The notes beneath the pieces are model-generated. The model saw nothing but the letters and a program-made list of their open reading frames with translations. It made no database searches and had not been told where the DNA came from. Made by a program: the position numbers and the translations under genes. This document shows positions 25,030 to 51,934 of a DNA stretch of 64,000 nucleotides, piece after piece (position 1 is the first letter of the stretch; each line of letters starts with the position of its first letter). The stretch lies in assembly GCA_030141605.1 (NCBI GenBank), contig JAQGDQ010000100.1, positions 186,001 through 250,000 on the forward strand. The letters are read 5' to 3'. The stretch comes from Tubiluchus corallicola (Eukaryota > Animalia > Priapulida).

Positions 25030-28000
25030 TCACCGGTCCTTTGTGGGAGGTGAACACTCAATTTCCGGAGTTAAACTTATCAGCTTGCTGCTAGACTCGG
25101 CCAACTCAGCAATGGACACTCTACCACGCTGCTTGATAAACTTTGCCACTGCTTTAAGTTCATCCACAGATATATAAATAAACTTGCCTCGATCGTCAAT
25201 GACACCTGTCAGCTTGCCATTTTCCATTAAAGTATTTATTCTCTCTATAACATCCTGCGTTTTGAGTTTGAATTCTGAGGCTAAGTCCTCCATCTGCACA
25301 ACTTTCATTTTCTTTATGTAACCAATAAAATCTTCTAACAATGATTGCGACTAAAAATAATAAAATGACTGTAAAACAGATTAATTTGACAAAAGTGACA
25401 CTGTTGAAAAGAATACTACTATGTATATCTGTGAAACAGTTTAAGTAAGGAAGTAAGTAAAAATTTCATTTCAAACTACATATAAAAATTCATAGAACAC
25501 ATAGTTTACGCTAATTAAAAAACATAGTACAGTAAGTCATCACTTTACGTCATTAATATTTTCAAATAAAAAATTATGTTAAGCACATTGTTAACAGAAG
25601 CTGTGCTTTCCACTGAAATTGATATAAACGATAAGTTCCATTACAAATTCTGCTAATTAGAAACAAAATGATAATGAATGAATGAGAAATTCGAGTGGAA
25701 AATATCAATAATACTCTAGCTCATGTAAATTAAACTTTTATATAAAAAAGAAACTATTCATTATGTCAACGTAGTCACAACATTACAAATATACCAAGTA
25801 CAGTGATTTTGTAGTCTGAGACCTATAATAAATGTATGCTCAACTGTTTTTTATATTCTCAGAAACCTTGAATACAGCCGCCTGATATACTGTTGTTAGT
25901 GTGTTCTCTTACGTGGTTTGATTTTAAGGACCTTACTGGAAGACTAATACTGTTCCTGCTATGCTGTTGCCTTCTAAATCAGTTGCAGGCCATGTAAACA
26001 CTCTGCACTTGTGCATTTATTTCTTTATGCATGATAAACTTTCAAGGTCACCATGTCAATGTCAAAAGTAATACTGTCTGTTCAAGTACACACAAACACA
26101 ATACTTGTAACTACAGTTGTCACTACACGTGCATATTCAGCTTTCCAGTAGGATGCATAAAGAAACTAAATTGAAAACCCAAGTTTAAATTTGAACTTTG
26201 TCAAAGCATTAGAATGTAGCATAATTTTATGGAAATAGTGTGTACATAATCACCTCTAAGTCTGGTGCTTGTTCTTCAAAGCCCTCTGTCTCAACTGAAA
26301 ACTGCTCTTTCATTGCTAGATACTCTTCCTGTTCTCGTCTCTCTTTTTCTTCCTGCTCTAGTCGTTCCTTCTCAGCCTAGCAATAGTAAGTAAATAAATT
26401 AAAATGAAATACTGCCATGGCTTCACTATAGTATAAAACAGTAGTAAACCAGGTAACTTTCTTGTTTCAAGTAAAGCCTTCGTAAGTAAGGCAAAAACTG
26501 AAATAAATGACAAAGATGAAAGTCTCGAGGCACTATGAAAAAAGCAATTTTCCCAAGTTTTGAATAAAATTTAATCAATGATTTTGCCGCAATCTAGTTC
26601 ATCAAAGCACATTTGTTTTGGTGTACATTTCAAGTATACAATTAAATAAATACATTTTTATCATTTTAAAAACTGAGTCAACCATAATAATTCTTAAAGT
26701 TTCCAGTGTTTCACTAGTCAAGCATCATAAATTTGCATGACAGTGATGTAACCTCTTAAATTAAGAAACTTCAACAAGTAAGCACATAGTAACTGGTTAA
26801 AATACCAGAGTTAAACATTGCATATTGGTATTTAGAATGTAATGTGAAATCATGCCTCCATTTTGGTGCATGACAATAAAGCAGACAAAAATTGACTGTC
26901 ACTTAATAACACTATAAAGCAAACTCCATGTGGAAAACTTGTCATGTTAATGCCCGATTAACAAGTCTCCACCACACAACTGAGCCGATTAATAATCAAC
27001 TATAAAAAATTAAATACATGTATGATGAATTTTGAAGTTATTTAGACCTTTTTATAAATATTCTCGATTCATAAAGCTACAAAATTAAGCACAAAACAAC
27101 AGCTAAAAGATCTTACTCGCTCTTCCTCTTCTTTCTTTGCCTTGGCTTCATCCTTTTTGCGTCGTTCTTCTAGGGCCTGTTGTCTTCGTTTTCTTTCTTC
27201 CCTTTCTTCTAATTCCATCTGTTTACAAATAAAACACTCTTTCTTGTGGTTTCTTACGTATACTTTACCATAACAATGAAGTCTGATTGCATTTGCTATG
27301 TCTCCAGACTTGGGGCATACCAACTTCTATGCTATTTATACATCATTTTGATTGTTACGGTCTGAGAGGTAGCCTGCAGGCATTAGTTCTTCGAAAAATT
27401 CATTTCTGTTCAAGATATGATGGAGAATTTTTGTCATTGTTGACATTGGAGTATTGTTTCAATTGGAAAATTCTTTGAGTTGCATCATGTCAATATTGGC
27501 AAATATGGTATTCTAATTATTAGACACAGAACTTTTCTTTTAAAGATAAATGTCACAGGACAGTGCGAGGACAAAGCACAGAGAGAAAAAGACGGGGTGG
27601 AAGGGAGACAGAGAGAGAAGGGGAGAAAAGGACATTATTTTATTATTACAAACCTTTTATAAAATCTCTAATCAAGCCATCTAATTGTAAATTCTAAGTA
27701 TAAATTGTAAAATTTGAAAACCAATGTTACAGAATTTTACACATATTAATCTTGAGAGAAGAGAAGGTGAGAGCGAGAGAGAAAGACAAAGAAGGGATGA
27801 AAGAAAGATAGAGGAGAGTTTGAGGAAGAGAGGGAAAGAATAAGAGAAAAAATAGAAAAGAAGATGGGAACAAAGCAACGCTTCCCGGGTATTGTTACTT
27901 ATTTGGAAAGACGGAAGTCGTCTGAAATAGTATAGTAGTCTACATGTAGCAGCTTATTAAATGGTACCGCTCTTTGTTTCTTCTTGTCGGCTTTGGCTTC

Positions 28001-31000
28001 CAATTTTGCTCTTTTCTTAGCACCTATCTTTTGTCCAGGGTCAGCTGCATACGACAGATAACTATCGTCATCGTCGTCGTCATCGTCGTCACCTCCAAAC
28101 ACCATTTCTTCATCTGAATCTGTAACATTCAGTACACAATATCCATAACAAAATGTGTCTTTACATTCAAGCACGACTTATAATAAATAAACAAGAAACT
28201 CATCCAGAAACAAAGGTATTTCGAAATAAATCAAAATCCAGAATTTCTCTTACAGCTTTATTTTGGTTAATAACTCAGAAACTACAAAGAGTTGGAAAAT
28301 GAAACTTCACTACATTGTAATAAGCCCGGATCTGGGAAAGACTCTTGTGGGTACTGAATGACCTTGGGTGGCGGTTGGTTCAACGACAAAAGTCATTTTT
28401 CTTAAAAAGTTTTGGAAGGTACCTGTTTCTAGGCTTAAAACAGCAAACTGCTGGAAGTCAAGTGGGTGCTAGGAAGTCCAAAGTATCTAGTGCACAGGAC
28501 CAATCTCGATGAGTGGGGTATTTGCACACTTTTGACCTTTGGTAAAAAGTGCGCAAATACTTAGTGAAGTATATTGTTTGAAAGCTTGTCATGTTATATT
28601 ATGGGTGGTGCTGGGGATGGGCTTGAGTGGGGATGAGGTATAGGTGGAGGTCGGGGTGGAAAAGAGTTAAAATGCAACCTTTCGCTCATAATGTACATTG
28701 CAAAAAGAACATTGTGTACTGTATTAGATGCACGTTTGTAATTAAAGTTGTTTAACTGCATTAAATGATGTGAGGCTGAAGGTCATTTGAAGATCAAAAA
28801 AGCATAAATGTAATTATAGACATCATTCATTAACGCAGTGTCACTTTAAATGTAATCAGTGGTGCTGAATTTAAACGCTTAGTTTTCGTATGCCGTGCAT
28901 CGCTTCCTTCTGTTAATATGAACTGTTCATGGCGTGCTAACACGAAATAATGTTTCCAAGACTGTAGGATGTTGATAACCCTCCTTTTTTGCGCAAGTGC
29001 AACTATGGTGTGCAGTATTACGAAGATATGACTTCTGTTTCAAGAGCTTTATGGCTGCAAATATACCAAATGACAGATACGGAGTTCAAATTAGCAATTA
29101 GAATTGTAGATTGAAATACCAAGTCATTGAAAAACTTAGAAACAATGTAACTACTTAGAATTTAAATCTCTTCACTAACTGTTCTTAAGAACCAAAAAAT
29201 CATATTTTTCTGCAGTCCCCAAGGATTTTTATAAAAATTTTCATGTCTATGTTAATAGTGTTTACTAATAAGCAAAAGAGATTTACTTAAACTGCTGCTT
29301 CAAAATCTTTACTAGAATATTAAAACTAACTACTCTAATTAATAGAATCTTAGATAAGTTCAGATAATCTTAGATAAATCAATAAAAAAACAAATATCAT
29401 CATCATCTCAACCATGAAGCCATGTTATGCAGCATTATTACAATACTTATTAACCGACAGATGACAGAATAGATTTAACAACCAAAAAAGTTTGCCATAA
29501 AACAAAAAAACAAAAATAGTTACCATCTCGTCTTCCTGCTTGCAATCTATTACGGATTCTATTACGGCGGCGCCTAGCACCAGGTGGAGCTGCTTCATTT
29601 CGTTGAACTACATTAGGTCGTACAGGAATCTGTTCGTCTACCATAAAAAGAATTACAATTAATATGTCATTATAAATAAAATATTTGTGACAGTAACATA
29701 CAACACACAAGATGTCTATATCACTTAAATTCGAATTATACATTCGATAAAATAAAATAATAAAATAATTCTGAGCTAGTCGGATAAACAATACAAATAT
29801 GGTTTCTAGATAATCTTTTTGAGGTGAAATAAGCTGGCTTTAACATACAGTCAACCTCGGATATAAGAGACACCTCAGGACCGGAAAAAACGTCCCTTAT
29901 AGCAGAAGTCGAGTCAGACATGTACTTTTCTGCACTTTTATCCATATTTTTATGGATTATTGCTACACATTCAGTGTGAACGGTACGTAGGAAGCTCCTT
30001 CAATGATGCGAGATGTATCTGACCGCGGAAACCGAGTCGTTTGGAGGCCGAGTTTACGAAAAATTGAGGTTAAAAATCGATCCATTTCACTTTGATCACA
30101 GGGTCTCTTATATGTGAGGTAATTTACCTGGGTTTCTATTATGCGGAACCTGAAAATATCGTCCCTTATTACCGAAAGTCCCTTATATCCGAGTACCTTA
30201 TATACGAAGATTTTTACATAGGAAAAATTTTATGAAAAATTGGGACCAGTGTCACTGTAATTCATTTTATTGCGTGAATAAAAATGTAAAATTACAATAT
30301 ACAGAAAAGCACACATCATAGAAATAATTAATTAGCATTTCACTACAAAGTTATAAAGTAACTACAAAGCTGTTGCCGTTAATTACACAGATGTCTACAA
30401 ATTAAAATTGAAAATGTCTCCATCATTGCCCTTAGAAGCTTTTGCTATGCCAGTTTTTCTCATTGCACGCTTAATGTATATTGTTTTAACAATGCATAAT
30501 ACACAAAATACCCTTAATAAGTTAAAACTCACAATCTCAGTTCAATAGAACAATAAACTGAAAAAAGACAAATCAGTCTAATAGTGCAACAAAGTTTACA
30601 CTAATTACATTGGTTAAACACCTTGGCGAGCAAATTTTTATGACACAAAATTGATGGCAACTCAGACAACGAGCACAACTTTTTATAAAATGAAGAAACT
30701 TCACAGCATTTTTAAAAATTTGTCAAAATTCTAAATGTAAATGACTGAAATCACCAATTAGGTACTCGTGTGCCCATGTACAGCCTTGAACTCATTCTGT
30801 GAAAATTTAGTGCATCCGGTTTAGGGCAACTGTACATGAAGTAGTGCGTTACTTCACACTACAGTAGCACTGTATAACTTTTCACATGGTGCTTGACCCG
30901 GTGATGATTTGCAATTTTCATGGTTTGACATTGCTTCATTCTTTTTTCTTTGGTTCTTCTGTTGGATTGAGTTTCTTGATTTATACGAAATTTTTAGTTT

Positions 31001-34000
31001 TGTTTTTGCTGAGTTTGATTTACTCTCTTGATTAAAATTTATACTTTATGTTTTGTTTTTCTAATTTAAATTTTGTCTCTTCTTATTTGCCATACTTATT
31101 TACTGCTTCTAAATTTAAGCTCATTTGAACTTGTTGTCTCAGTTTTTGCCAACTTACTGATCATTATTCATTTGTACATACCTACTTGACAGGTCACTTA
31201 ATTTTCTTTAATTTGGATGGGGCTGACCTGGTGGCCATTGGTCTTTTCAATCTTTAGTACAGTTTTTTGCTTTCGCTTATTTTCATTTTGTAAAAATTTA
31301 GAGAAAAATAAATTATTTACAGTAGGTGCCGCTTAATTGGCTCAAGGTTAATAGACTCAGTCGCTCAATTGACTCAAAAATGCCTGGTACGGGCCACTTC
31401 TATTCAAATGTACATAAAAACTGTCGGTAATTGACTCAAATAACTCTGCATAATTGACTCAATATTTTTCCTTCACGTACTTGAAATAAGACGTTAGTAT
31501 GTGCCTAAACAGCCTTTCCTACTTTTATGTCATCTTTGCTTCACTTTTGTGCATTATAATATAGGTAGAAACAATCGTGTTAAGTACGGTACTTTGTTTG
31601 TAAGCAGGTACATTTATCATGCACAAATTAATACGGTTTTGCTTTGAATCTGTTACCCGCTAGCCCACTGCAATTAACAACGTTACACACGAATTTCTGG
31701 AAGCTAAATACTTAATCACTTGTCTAGCAGTTTCCCTTTGAAGCACTTGTTGCAAATGACGTTTAATCAGTTAACAACCAAAGATGCAGGTACAGTAATC
31801 AGCCAGTATTCCTTGTGACTTGGAAGAGTAAACATCACACAACAAATGAAAGCATACAGTTAAGAAGTTTGAAAAATGCAGCTCAAGCACACCAAGCGCT
31901 AAATGTTTTATGAGACTACATGCATTACACAGCAATAGATTTTTATAATTATGAGAAGTTTGTGAGCCAACTTCTTCATGACAAAAGGAAGCAATTAACA
32001 GTATAATAAAAAATAACTCAAAATCACACAACATGCCAGGAAAACTAATAATAGACGACATCGAGTATACAGATTCACAAGACATAAGTGAAAAATTAAA
32101 TGACTTCTTTGTCACCGTAGGTCCCAATATGGCTGACAAAATACAGAAAACTGATATAACATTCAATACATTTCTAAAAAACCCAAATCCTAACACAAAA
32201 CCAACATTTAAAGCTGACTCCCCATATGACCCCAGTAACTATAGACCAGTATCAATGTTATCACCTGTATCAAAAATCTTTGAAAAATTACTATACAACA
32301 GATTGTACAAATTTATCATCAAAAATAAAATTTTAACTAAATATCAATTCGGATTCCACAAAAATTATTCAACTGCTTTAACGGTTTCAGACTTAATTGA
32401 TAGCGTCTCTCTAGATATAGAAAAAAATCTTGTGACTTGCGGAATATTCCTAGACATCAAAGGCTTTTGATACAGTACAACACAACATACTACTCACCAA
32501 ATTAGAGCACTATGGAATAAAAGGTCTCCCTCTAAAATTATTTGAATCATACTTGGCTAATCGAAAACAATATATTTCCATCAACAACACGCCATCATCT
32601 TTTAAAAATATAACGTGTGGTGTTCCACAGGGATCTAATTTAGGACCACTTTTGTTCTTACTTTACATCAATGATTTACTAGATGCTATTAATTTTCACA
32701 CAAAATAAATAAATTGGTTAACAATGAACTAAATAAGATAGACAAATGGATGAAAGCCAACCAGTTATCAATTAATTTTAAAAAACTAAATTTATACTAA
32801 TTAACAATAAAACAAACACCAATCAAACTTTTCATGTAAAAATAAACAATAGGAAAATAGATGAAACAGAAGACATAAAATATCTAGGTATATTAATTAA
32901 TAAAAAGCTGTCATGGGCAGCACACATCAAACATACAAGTTAAGTCGCATATCGGGAATTGTATTAAAACTAACAAAATATGTTAATCAGGCAACCCTAA
33001 AACTCATATACCAATCAACAGCATATCCGTACTTAAGTTACTGCATTTTGGCCTGGGGAACAGCATATTTATCAACACTGAAAACATTAAAAGCACAACA
33101 AAACAAAATCATCAAACTAATAACATTTGCTGGAAAATCTGATCATGCCACTCCATCATTCATACAACTAGCGGTACTAAAACTTCATGATATCTACAAA
33201 TTAGAATTATTAAATTTATGTGTAAATGTAAATGGGGTTTACTACCCAATATTTTTGATGATCATTTTACGCCACTTACAGAAGTACATTCTCACTATAC
33301 CAGGGCTGCTAGTAGTGAATATTTTTTTGTAGAGAGATTCCAAACCAGGTGCGGATGTAATAGTGTTAAGACAAAGGGAGTTGAATTATGGAACTCTCTA
33401 CCAATAAACATCACTACCGGCCCCATAAATACCATCACTAAAAATTACAAAAAATCGTAATAGACAGACATGTATCAACATTAGAGTAATTGCATTTTTT
33501 TACATTACTACTCATTAATATTATTCAGTAAAAAATTGTGAATCTAATATTCTGTGCAAATTCGTTTAATATAGGAAATCTACATAAATTACGACATTGT
33601 GATTAATTTCATCGTCATTTTATTTTACCACTGTTTGTTTATAAAAATTTTTATGCTAAAACACATATTTTGTGTATGCACTATACCCAAATAGCAATTA
33701 CTTGTGTACAGTGACATAAATTAACTGCTCAGCTTTGCTTTTACGTTTCTTTTTTCTGTTATATAATCATATACACATTACTTTTTTGCCGAGAATTTTG
33801 TATTCATCATCTTCATTTATTATTATTCTTTTTTCACTTATGCCATTGTGGTCATGTTTTCTTTTTGTTATTGCTTTATTTTATTTTATTTAAGTAATTA
33901 ACAATAATTGCATCTAGTGTCATCAATTCTTTTTTCTGCTATTACAATATTAAATTATGTGTAAGGGGTGAGTGGCTAGATGGCCTACGGTCTTTCCTCG

Positions 34001-34169
34001 CCCCATCTCCACGGATAAAGTTATTTTTCGTAAAATGGAAATTTGTGACACATTTGGAGAAAATAAATGTCTATGTCTTACCATTTACAGATCGTCTAAA
34101 TTTGGTCAAAACTATGAGTATGAAAAACACCAATACTGCTGCAGTTCCATATAAAATCACAAGATCCAT
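25030..34169 (-). CDS. DDRGK1: DDRGK domain-containing protein 1 (UFBP1, UFM1 ligase adaptor), 6 exons, 299 aa
   Basis: Exons 34082-34169 (N-terminal TM anchor [26 protein letters not shown]), 29524-29637, 27968-28119 ([17 protein letters not shown]), 27117-27218, 26254-26376 ([16 protein letters not shown]) and 25030-25350 (PCI/winged helix with [15 protein letters not shown]). Total 900 nt, phases consistent. Confidence 0.96.
27560..27875. repeat. Purine-rich (GA) low-complexity tracts
   Basis: Two GA-rich stretches in DDRGK1 intron 3. Confidence 0.6.
29848..30257. mobile_element. pogo-type MITE with a partly deleted right TIR
   Basis: Starts TA|CAGTCAACCTCGGATATAAG. Internal repeats GTCCCTTATA and CCTTATATCCGAG. 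Ends ACTG|TA. Confidence 0.65.
31320..31992 (+). mobile_element. pogo/Tigger-derived non-autonomous element, copy 1 (right end lost)
   Basis: TA|CAGTAG... left TIR. Long colinear similarity to the copies at 43499 and 58262. Breaks off at the junction with the LINE. Confidence 0.8.
31993..34077 (+). mobile_element. 5'-truncated, decayed non-LTR retrotransposon (CR1/L2-group RT) in DDRGK1 intron 1
   Basis: RT motifs [37 protein letters not shown] and [21 protein letters not shown]. Frameshifts present and the YADD/FADD motif is deleted. T-rich 3' UTR ends in AAATAAA and a TGTCTA-type tail. Confidence 0.9.
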
Positions 34170-34499
34170 GGTGTAATTACAAGACCATTGCACCAAGTAC
34201 AAAATAATTTACACGAACGACCATGTTGTATTGGTTGCGCAACTTCCCAGTTCGCAAAATAAAGAGTGGCCGCAGTTTTTTCTTTTCTTCAAAATTTGCG
34301 CGTCTGCCCAAGGACTAATCGCCGTTCTACCACTAAGCCTTCTATTTTGCTCCGTCGGTTTAGTAGGTATAACATTGTCATTAGTTCGGAAATGGTGCTG
34401 ACGAACCACTGTTATAGCAGTATCTACTTTTTGCTGAATTACTGCTATGTTTACCAGTCTTGAGGCAGATTTCTGTTATTTAGAGTTTCACCAGTCCTA

Positions 34500-36010
34500 T
34501 CGTCACAAAAGGTGTTTTTTGAGCAATAACAAGTCACAGAGACACAAAGTGGAGAAAGACCTAATTTAATGTATATGCCATATCTTAAGCATCTGGGTTT
34601 CTAAATCTCAAGTCATTAGAAGAAAGGTGCATACAGAAAGATTTGCCCGTATGCTGCCAACATTATTCATGCAAAAGTTGATGTTGATTTTATATTGATT
34701 ATCCATGTATTTTGCAATAGTACAAGACAAAATCGTTCACTAAAGCTTTTCGTGCTTCTAATTGTTAAAGTGGTCATTTTTCTCAAGGATTTGCTGTACC
34801 AAGATGTGAATCAGTGTTAGGGACTTGTGTTATTTTCTGTTTCACATCAGGACCTATAGAAGCAAAATATTTATTGAAATATACTGAATTGCTTTATAAT
34901 TTCAACTATTTTTTCCATAATTTTGGTTGGTGTATGTCTGTTGCGTTTGGTCCTATCACAAATATCGTTTAAAGTAGACCAAATTTTCTTCATATTATTT
35001 TAATTATCTTTGATTATTTGTGAATAGTACTGCTTTTTCGAAGCTTCTCTAATCTGATTCAATTTGTTGGAGAATGTTTTATAATAATTTATCTTAAATA
35101 AACTGTTGGGCAATTTGAATGTTTTTATATAATTCACTTTTAGTTCTTATAGATGTTAAAATTGCATAGGTTAACCACAGTTTGGACAACGTTAAAGTTT
35201 CTTTGCCTGGCAAAATTTTAATTGGCACGTGACAGTTAAAAACTTGATATTAGATATGTGCATGAAGGTAGAGAAGGTCTCACGAGTTGAAAGTTGAGTA
35301 AAATCAATTTCCATCAATTTGTCATTTAAATTTTCTACGAAACTATTTTTATTAAATTATTAAATTTACTTTTGTCGCGTACCTTTCGTCTATTATCCTT
35401 TTTTGTAATAGTGAGGATTTGACAATACAGAAAACTGGAAGGTGATCTGCTACTTCCTATGAAATGATACCGGACACAATATATTGACTCATATTGTTCG
35501 TGTAAATGTGGTCAATTAAAATTTTGGTAGAATGTATAATTCTTGGTGGGTGAGTAATTAAGGGAACAAAATATTTAGAAAAAAACATAGACAGATATGA
35601 GACAATACAGTGTTTTTCCTCATGCTGTAACAAGTTGATATTCATATCGTTGCATATATAACATTAGTTTCCCGATTTATTAATGTGTTTCAGTATACGT
35701 TCTGCTTCAGAGTGAAAAGTCAAAACATCAGTATTAGGACGTCTATATATAACTGCAAAGATAATTTTAGTTTCAATATTGATCCAAATATTTTCAACTT
35801 GCATATTTGTGTTAGTTGAAAAGTATTTTTAGATCTATGTTTTCCGAAATTTCAATGAATTGCTTATATATAGACATACTCCCCCAGCACAAGTGAATGA
35901 ATCATGGTGTAGAAAAGTATAACCTGGTATGCTACATGAGAAAGCAGTATTTGGAGTAATTTGGGTTTCGGAGATCGCAATGATCTCAGGTTTTCGATTA
36001 AAATGGGTAA
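34500..36010 (-). mobile_element. Decayed LINE fragment: APE endonuclease plus linker
   Basis: Minus-strand APE motifs (IIAISETQ, GGVCLYI, AVIYRRP, NINLL, ILIDHIYTN, ADHLPVF) and linker FNKYFASIG. Many stops and frameshifts. Confidence 0.8.
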
Positions 36011-36279
36011 CACGTCATACATATTGGCATAGTGCTTCATGAGGCTGTTGGTTTCAGTTCTAAACTACTGTGAAGAGGGTGTAATTAATAACAGGGGCTA
36101 TCAAATATACGAATAACATAATTGGGGTCTAACTAATCGTTAGAAAAAGAAAATAGAGTAGGACACTCATTTAGACCAGGAAGATTGCAAAATGACGTAA
36201 GATTAACATCAAGGTGAAAAAATTCATAAATCTCTGTATCTTCTGAATACTAAAAAGGTAACACAGATTTTAAGTATGT

Positions 36280-36342
36280 TATAACACACATACATGCACA
36301 CGTTCTCACACACGCACGCATGCACACACACACACACACACA
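36280..36342. repeat. (CA)n-rich microsatellite
   Basis: Read directly from the sequence. Confidence 0.75.
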
Positions 36343-36429
36343 TTTAGTAAAGTGTAGTAACGCAATAAGGGTATCAAAGAAAATTATCGGTATATATAAG
36401 CTACGTAGTAGTTAATTAGTAGCTATAAG

Positions 36430-37205
36430 ATGTTATACGTTGCGGTTTTCAGATCACTTGGCAGGCTATTCCAAAGACTTAGACTTTGATGTTTTAAATA
36501 ATTTTGACCTTTACTGGTGGTTGCATCTTTTTACAGAAAAAATGTGATTTGCTGCAAATCTAGGATTATGTTCACGTAGTTCGGATACCAGTTGATAATA
36601 TTTTTTAAAAAGATCTGGTAAGTTATTGTTTTTATGAACAAATTCGGCATGTTCTAATTTATGTCATTTAGCTTTAACTATTTTAATTCGTAATGTAATA
36701 ATGGGGTGACATGGGCTCTTCGTTTGGAATTAGTCATATGAGTTTCATAAATTTATTTTGGTTAACAGCTAGAGATTTTAAACTTGTTATAGAAGTTGTA
36801 TCCCACGAGAGAATGCATTATTGTAAATAAGGAAGAAATAGGGATGAACAAAGTAATTTCATTGTGTCGCCGTTTAGGTAGTTCCGACCTTTTGGAAATA
36901 TTCCAATTATTTTACTTGTTTTATTGACAATGTACTGAATGTGAAAGTCCCAGGGAGAGGTACCTCAAGATATTTCATCTGCGGAGCTGTTTGTAGTGTT
37001 GAGTTACTCATTACTAAATTTAATGATTTGTTTTACTATCTTGTGATAGCCAATTATCATGTATTTTGTTTTAAAGTATTACGAAAATTGGTTAACTCGC
37101 ATCCATGCGTCAATTTTAACGAGTTCTGTGTTAATTGTGCTTTCGAGTCGGCTTATATTGGTGTCGGAAGTGAAAAGATTAGTATCATCTGCAAAGAGTC
37201 AGCTG
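36430..37205 (-). mobile_element. Decayed LINE fragment: RT C-terminal half
   Basis: Minus strand LFADDTNLF, KYLEV, YCILSW-like and WNSLP motifs. Lies upstream of the APE fragment in transcript orientation, so it is a separate insertion. Confidence 0.75.
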
Positions 37206-39445
37206 TGTAATTTGGTACTGAGTGGGAAGTCATAAATGTTAAACAGAAAAAAGAGAGGACCAAGCGTAGATTCTTATGTAGATGCGAACAGCATAATAAT
37301 AATTTTAATAAGTATCTAAACTTTGGAATTGCTTGCAATACAAAACTGGATTGTGAACACTCATAACCAAACGACTATTTCATGACATACTAATTAACCT
37401 AGCACGATTTTGTGCAGTAATATAGTTGCTTTACATGTTAGACGCACCAGCTAGTTGATTTATCTTTAGAAGTGCAGAAAAGCTAAGATGCCATTACATA
37501 GACTACTCATTGTTGATAGTTTTAAATGTGTACTCCTTAGAGAGGCATTGCCAGGCTCGCGCAAAGTGTGACGCAATAACATACACGATGTTGTTGGGAA
37601 AGTTACTATTTTCTGCTATTCAGTGCTTATGCGTGCTTGTGAAATTTTTGCAATAATTTTTATTACGTATAGGACATTGTGTTTATAGAAGCACGCACTT
37701 TACGTAAATCTATGACTAAATCAAATTAGTCTTTAGACCAAACCTCGGCTTTTGTTGCTACTAAAGCAATTGCTTCAATTCTCGTATATGTGGTTGCAAT
37801 TTAATGCAGTTTGGAAATGCACTAGATGTGTATTACCTTTAGAGAAATGTGACTTTCGACAGAACTTTTCCTTACATCTCAAATCTCAATTGACAGGCCA
37901 ACATTTGATATTATAAGCCATAATAAAAGAAAAAGGACATGCTATTATGTAAATTTAGGCAACAGATTTTTTTGGCTGAAAAACAACCAGAAAATTGTTT
38001 GTATATGCCAGACAATATAAAAAAAGCAGGTGCAATCAAAGCATTTTCCAAATTTCTGATATCTTTATTGTTACCGTTACAGCAGTCCAGATGTTTATAG
38101 ATAGAAAATATTTATGAAAATAATAGAGGCTATTATACAGCAAGCACTTTGTCAAAACAAGACGTTATTTGTAAGCGGAATCACGACACAATGTGCAGTA
38201 ACTTAAAAAACCTTTAACCAAAAATTGCCTCTATTTTGATATTAAACACAAAAATCTGTTGACAAAATTCTTTCAAAGAAATATCAGAGAATTTTTTTTA
38301 AATATTAGGCAATCTACCCAGCTGTAATTCATAATGCCTATAATTATTATTATGTCATATCTTTCACACCTTTTGCAGTGAAATTTAAACTGCTTAGTGC
38401 ATACTCTAGTATTAATGTAATATAGCATAGATTAACATACTGCAGTTAAACCCAGTGAAATGATTGTAAGCATGAACAACTACATTGTACACAATGCGAC
38501 AGTTAGCATGAAAATATACAAATAAACGAAAGTGTGAATACGGCTTTAAACATGAGTGCATATATATGACGTGTAAAATATCACATGATGAATTTGTCAA
38601 AGTAAAACACCAGAATGTCACTGCCAAGTCATTTAGATTTCTATCCATATCATTACGAGTTTATGGTGCAAAGCATTTCTAGATTAATCCAAGTGCAAAA
38701 GGTGATAATGGTTCTTTGAAACAAACAGCATGTCTGAGTTCACTTAGTTTTGTACAAATCGTAACGTTTCTTCTTAAATTCGGTCTGAAATGTTCAACAC
38801 TGGCCATTGAAATTACAATTTTATCATATATGTTTTGTAAAACACTCAAATTTTGATCAACCTTTCAATCAGTGAATGTAAATTGTTAGTAAACAAAAGA
38901 TTTAACAAAGCTGTAGCAATACTGTAAATTTTAAACAGGTTGTTTTTCAATTTACTGTATTAGTAATGAAGAGTGACATTAGCATATTTCACATGCCATA
39001 TAGTACTGGCTTCTGACCTTACTACTAATAACCTCAAGAAATTAACTGACAAATAACAGAATTATTACCACTATCCACCTTAAATTATTTTTCCAACAAA
39101 TCCTCTTGTTATACAACTCATTTTCCTTGTTCGTTTATACCCGATATAAACCACCGCTTACATTCTTGGGATTCTTCCCAGCTTGACAAATGCCACGTTA
39201 ACTTAGTTATGCAAATTACAGTATGTCATTGTGATTTTGCTGTATTATTTGATAACCTGCTACAAAGTTGTCATACTTAGCTCACCCATCCTACTTTCAT
39301 GAGTGACACGTTATCCTTCTCGGCAATTGATGACAGAATATCTAACCATTCGCAACGGACATTACCCCTTTTTGCCGAATCCTCGGGGAAGAGCCTGTTA
39401 TTGACTGTATAGAATGGTGACTCTTACGAGTATACCAGATCCTGC

Positions 39446-51932
<12,487 letters not shown>

Positions 51933-51934
51933 GA

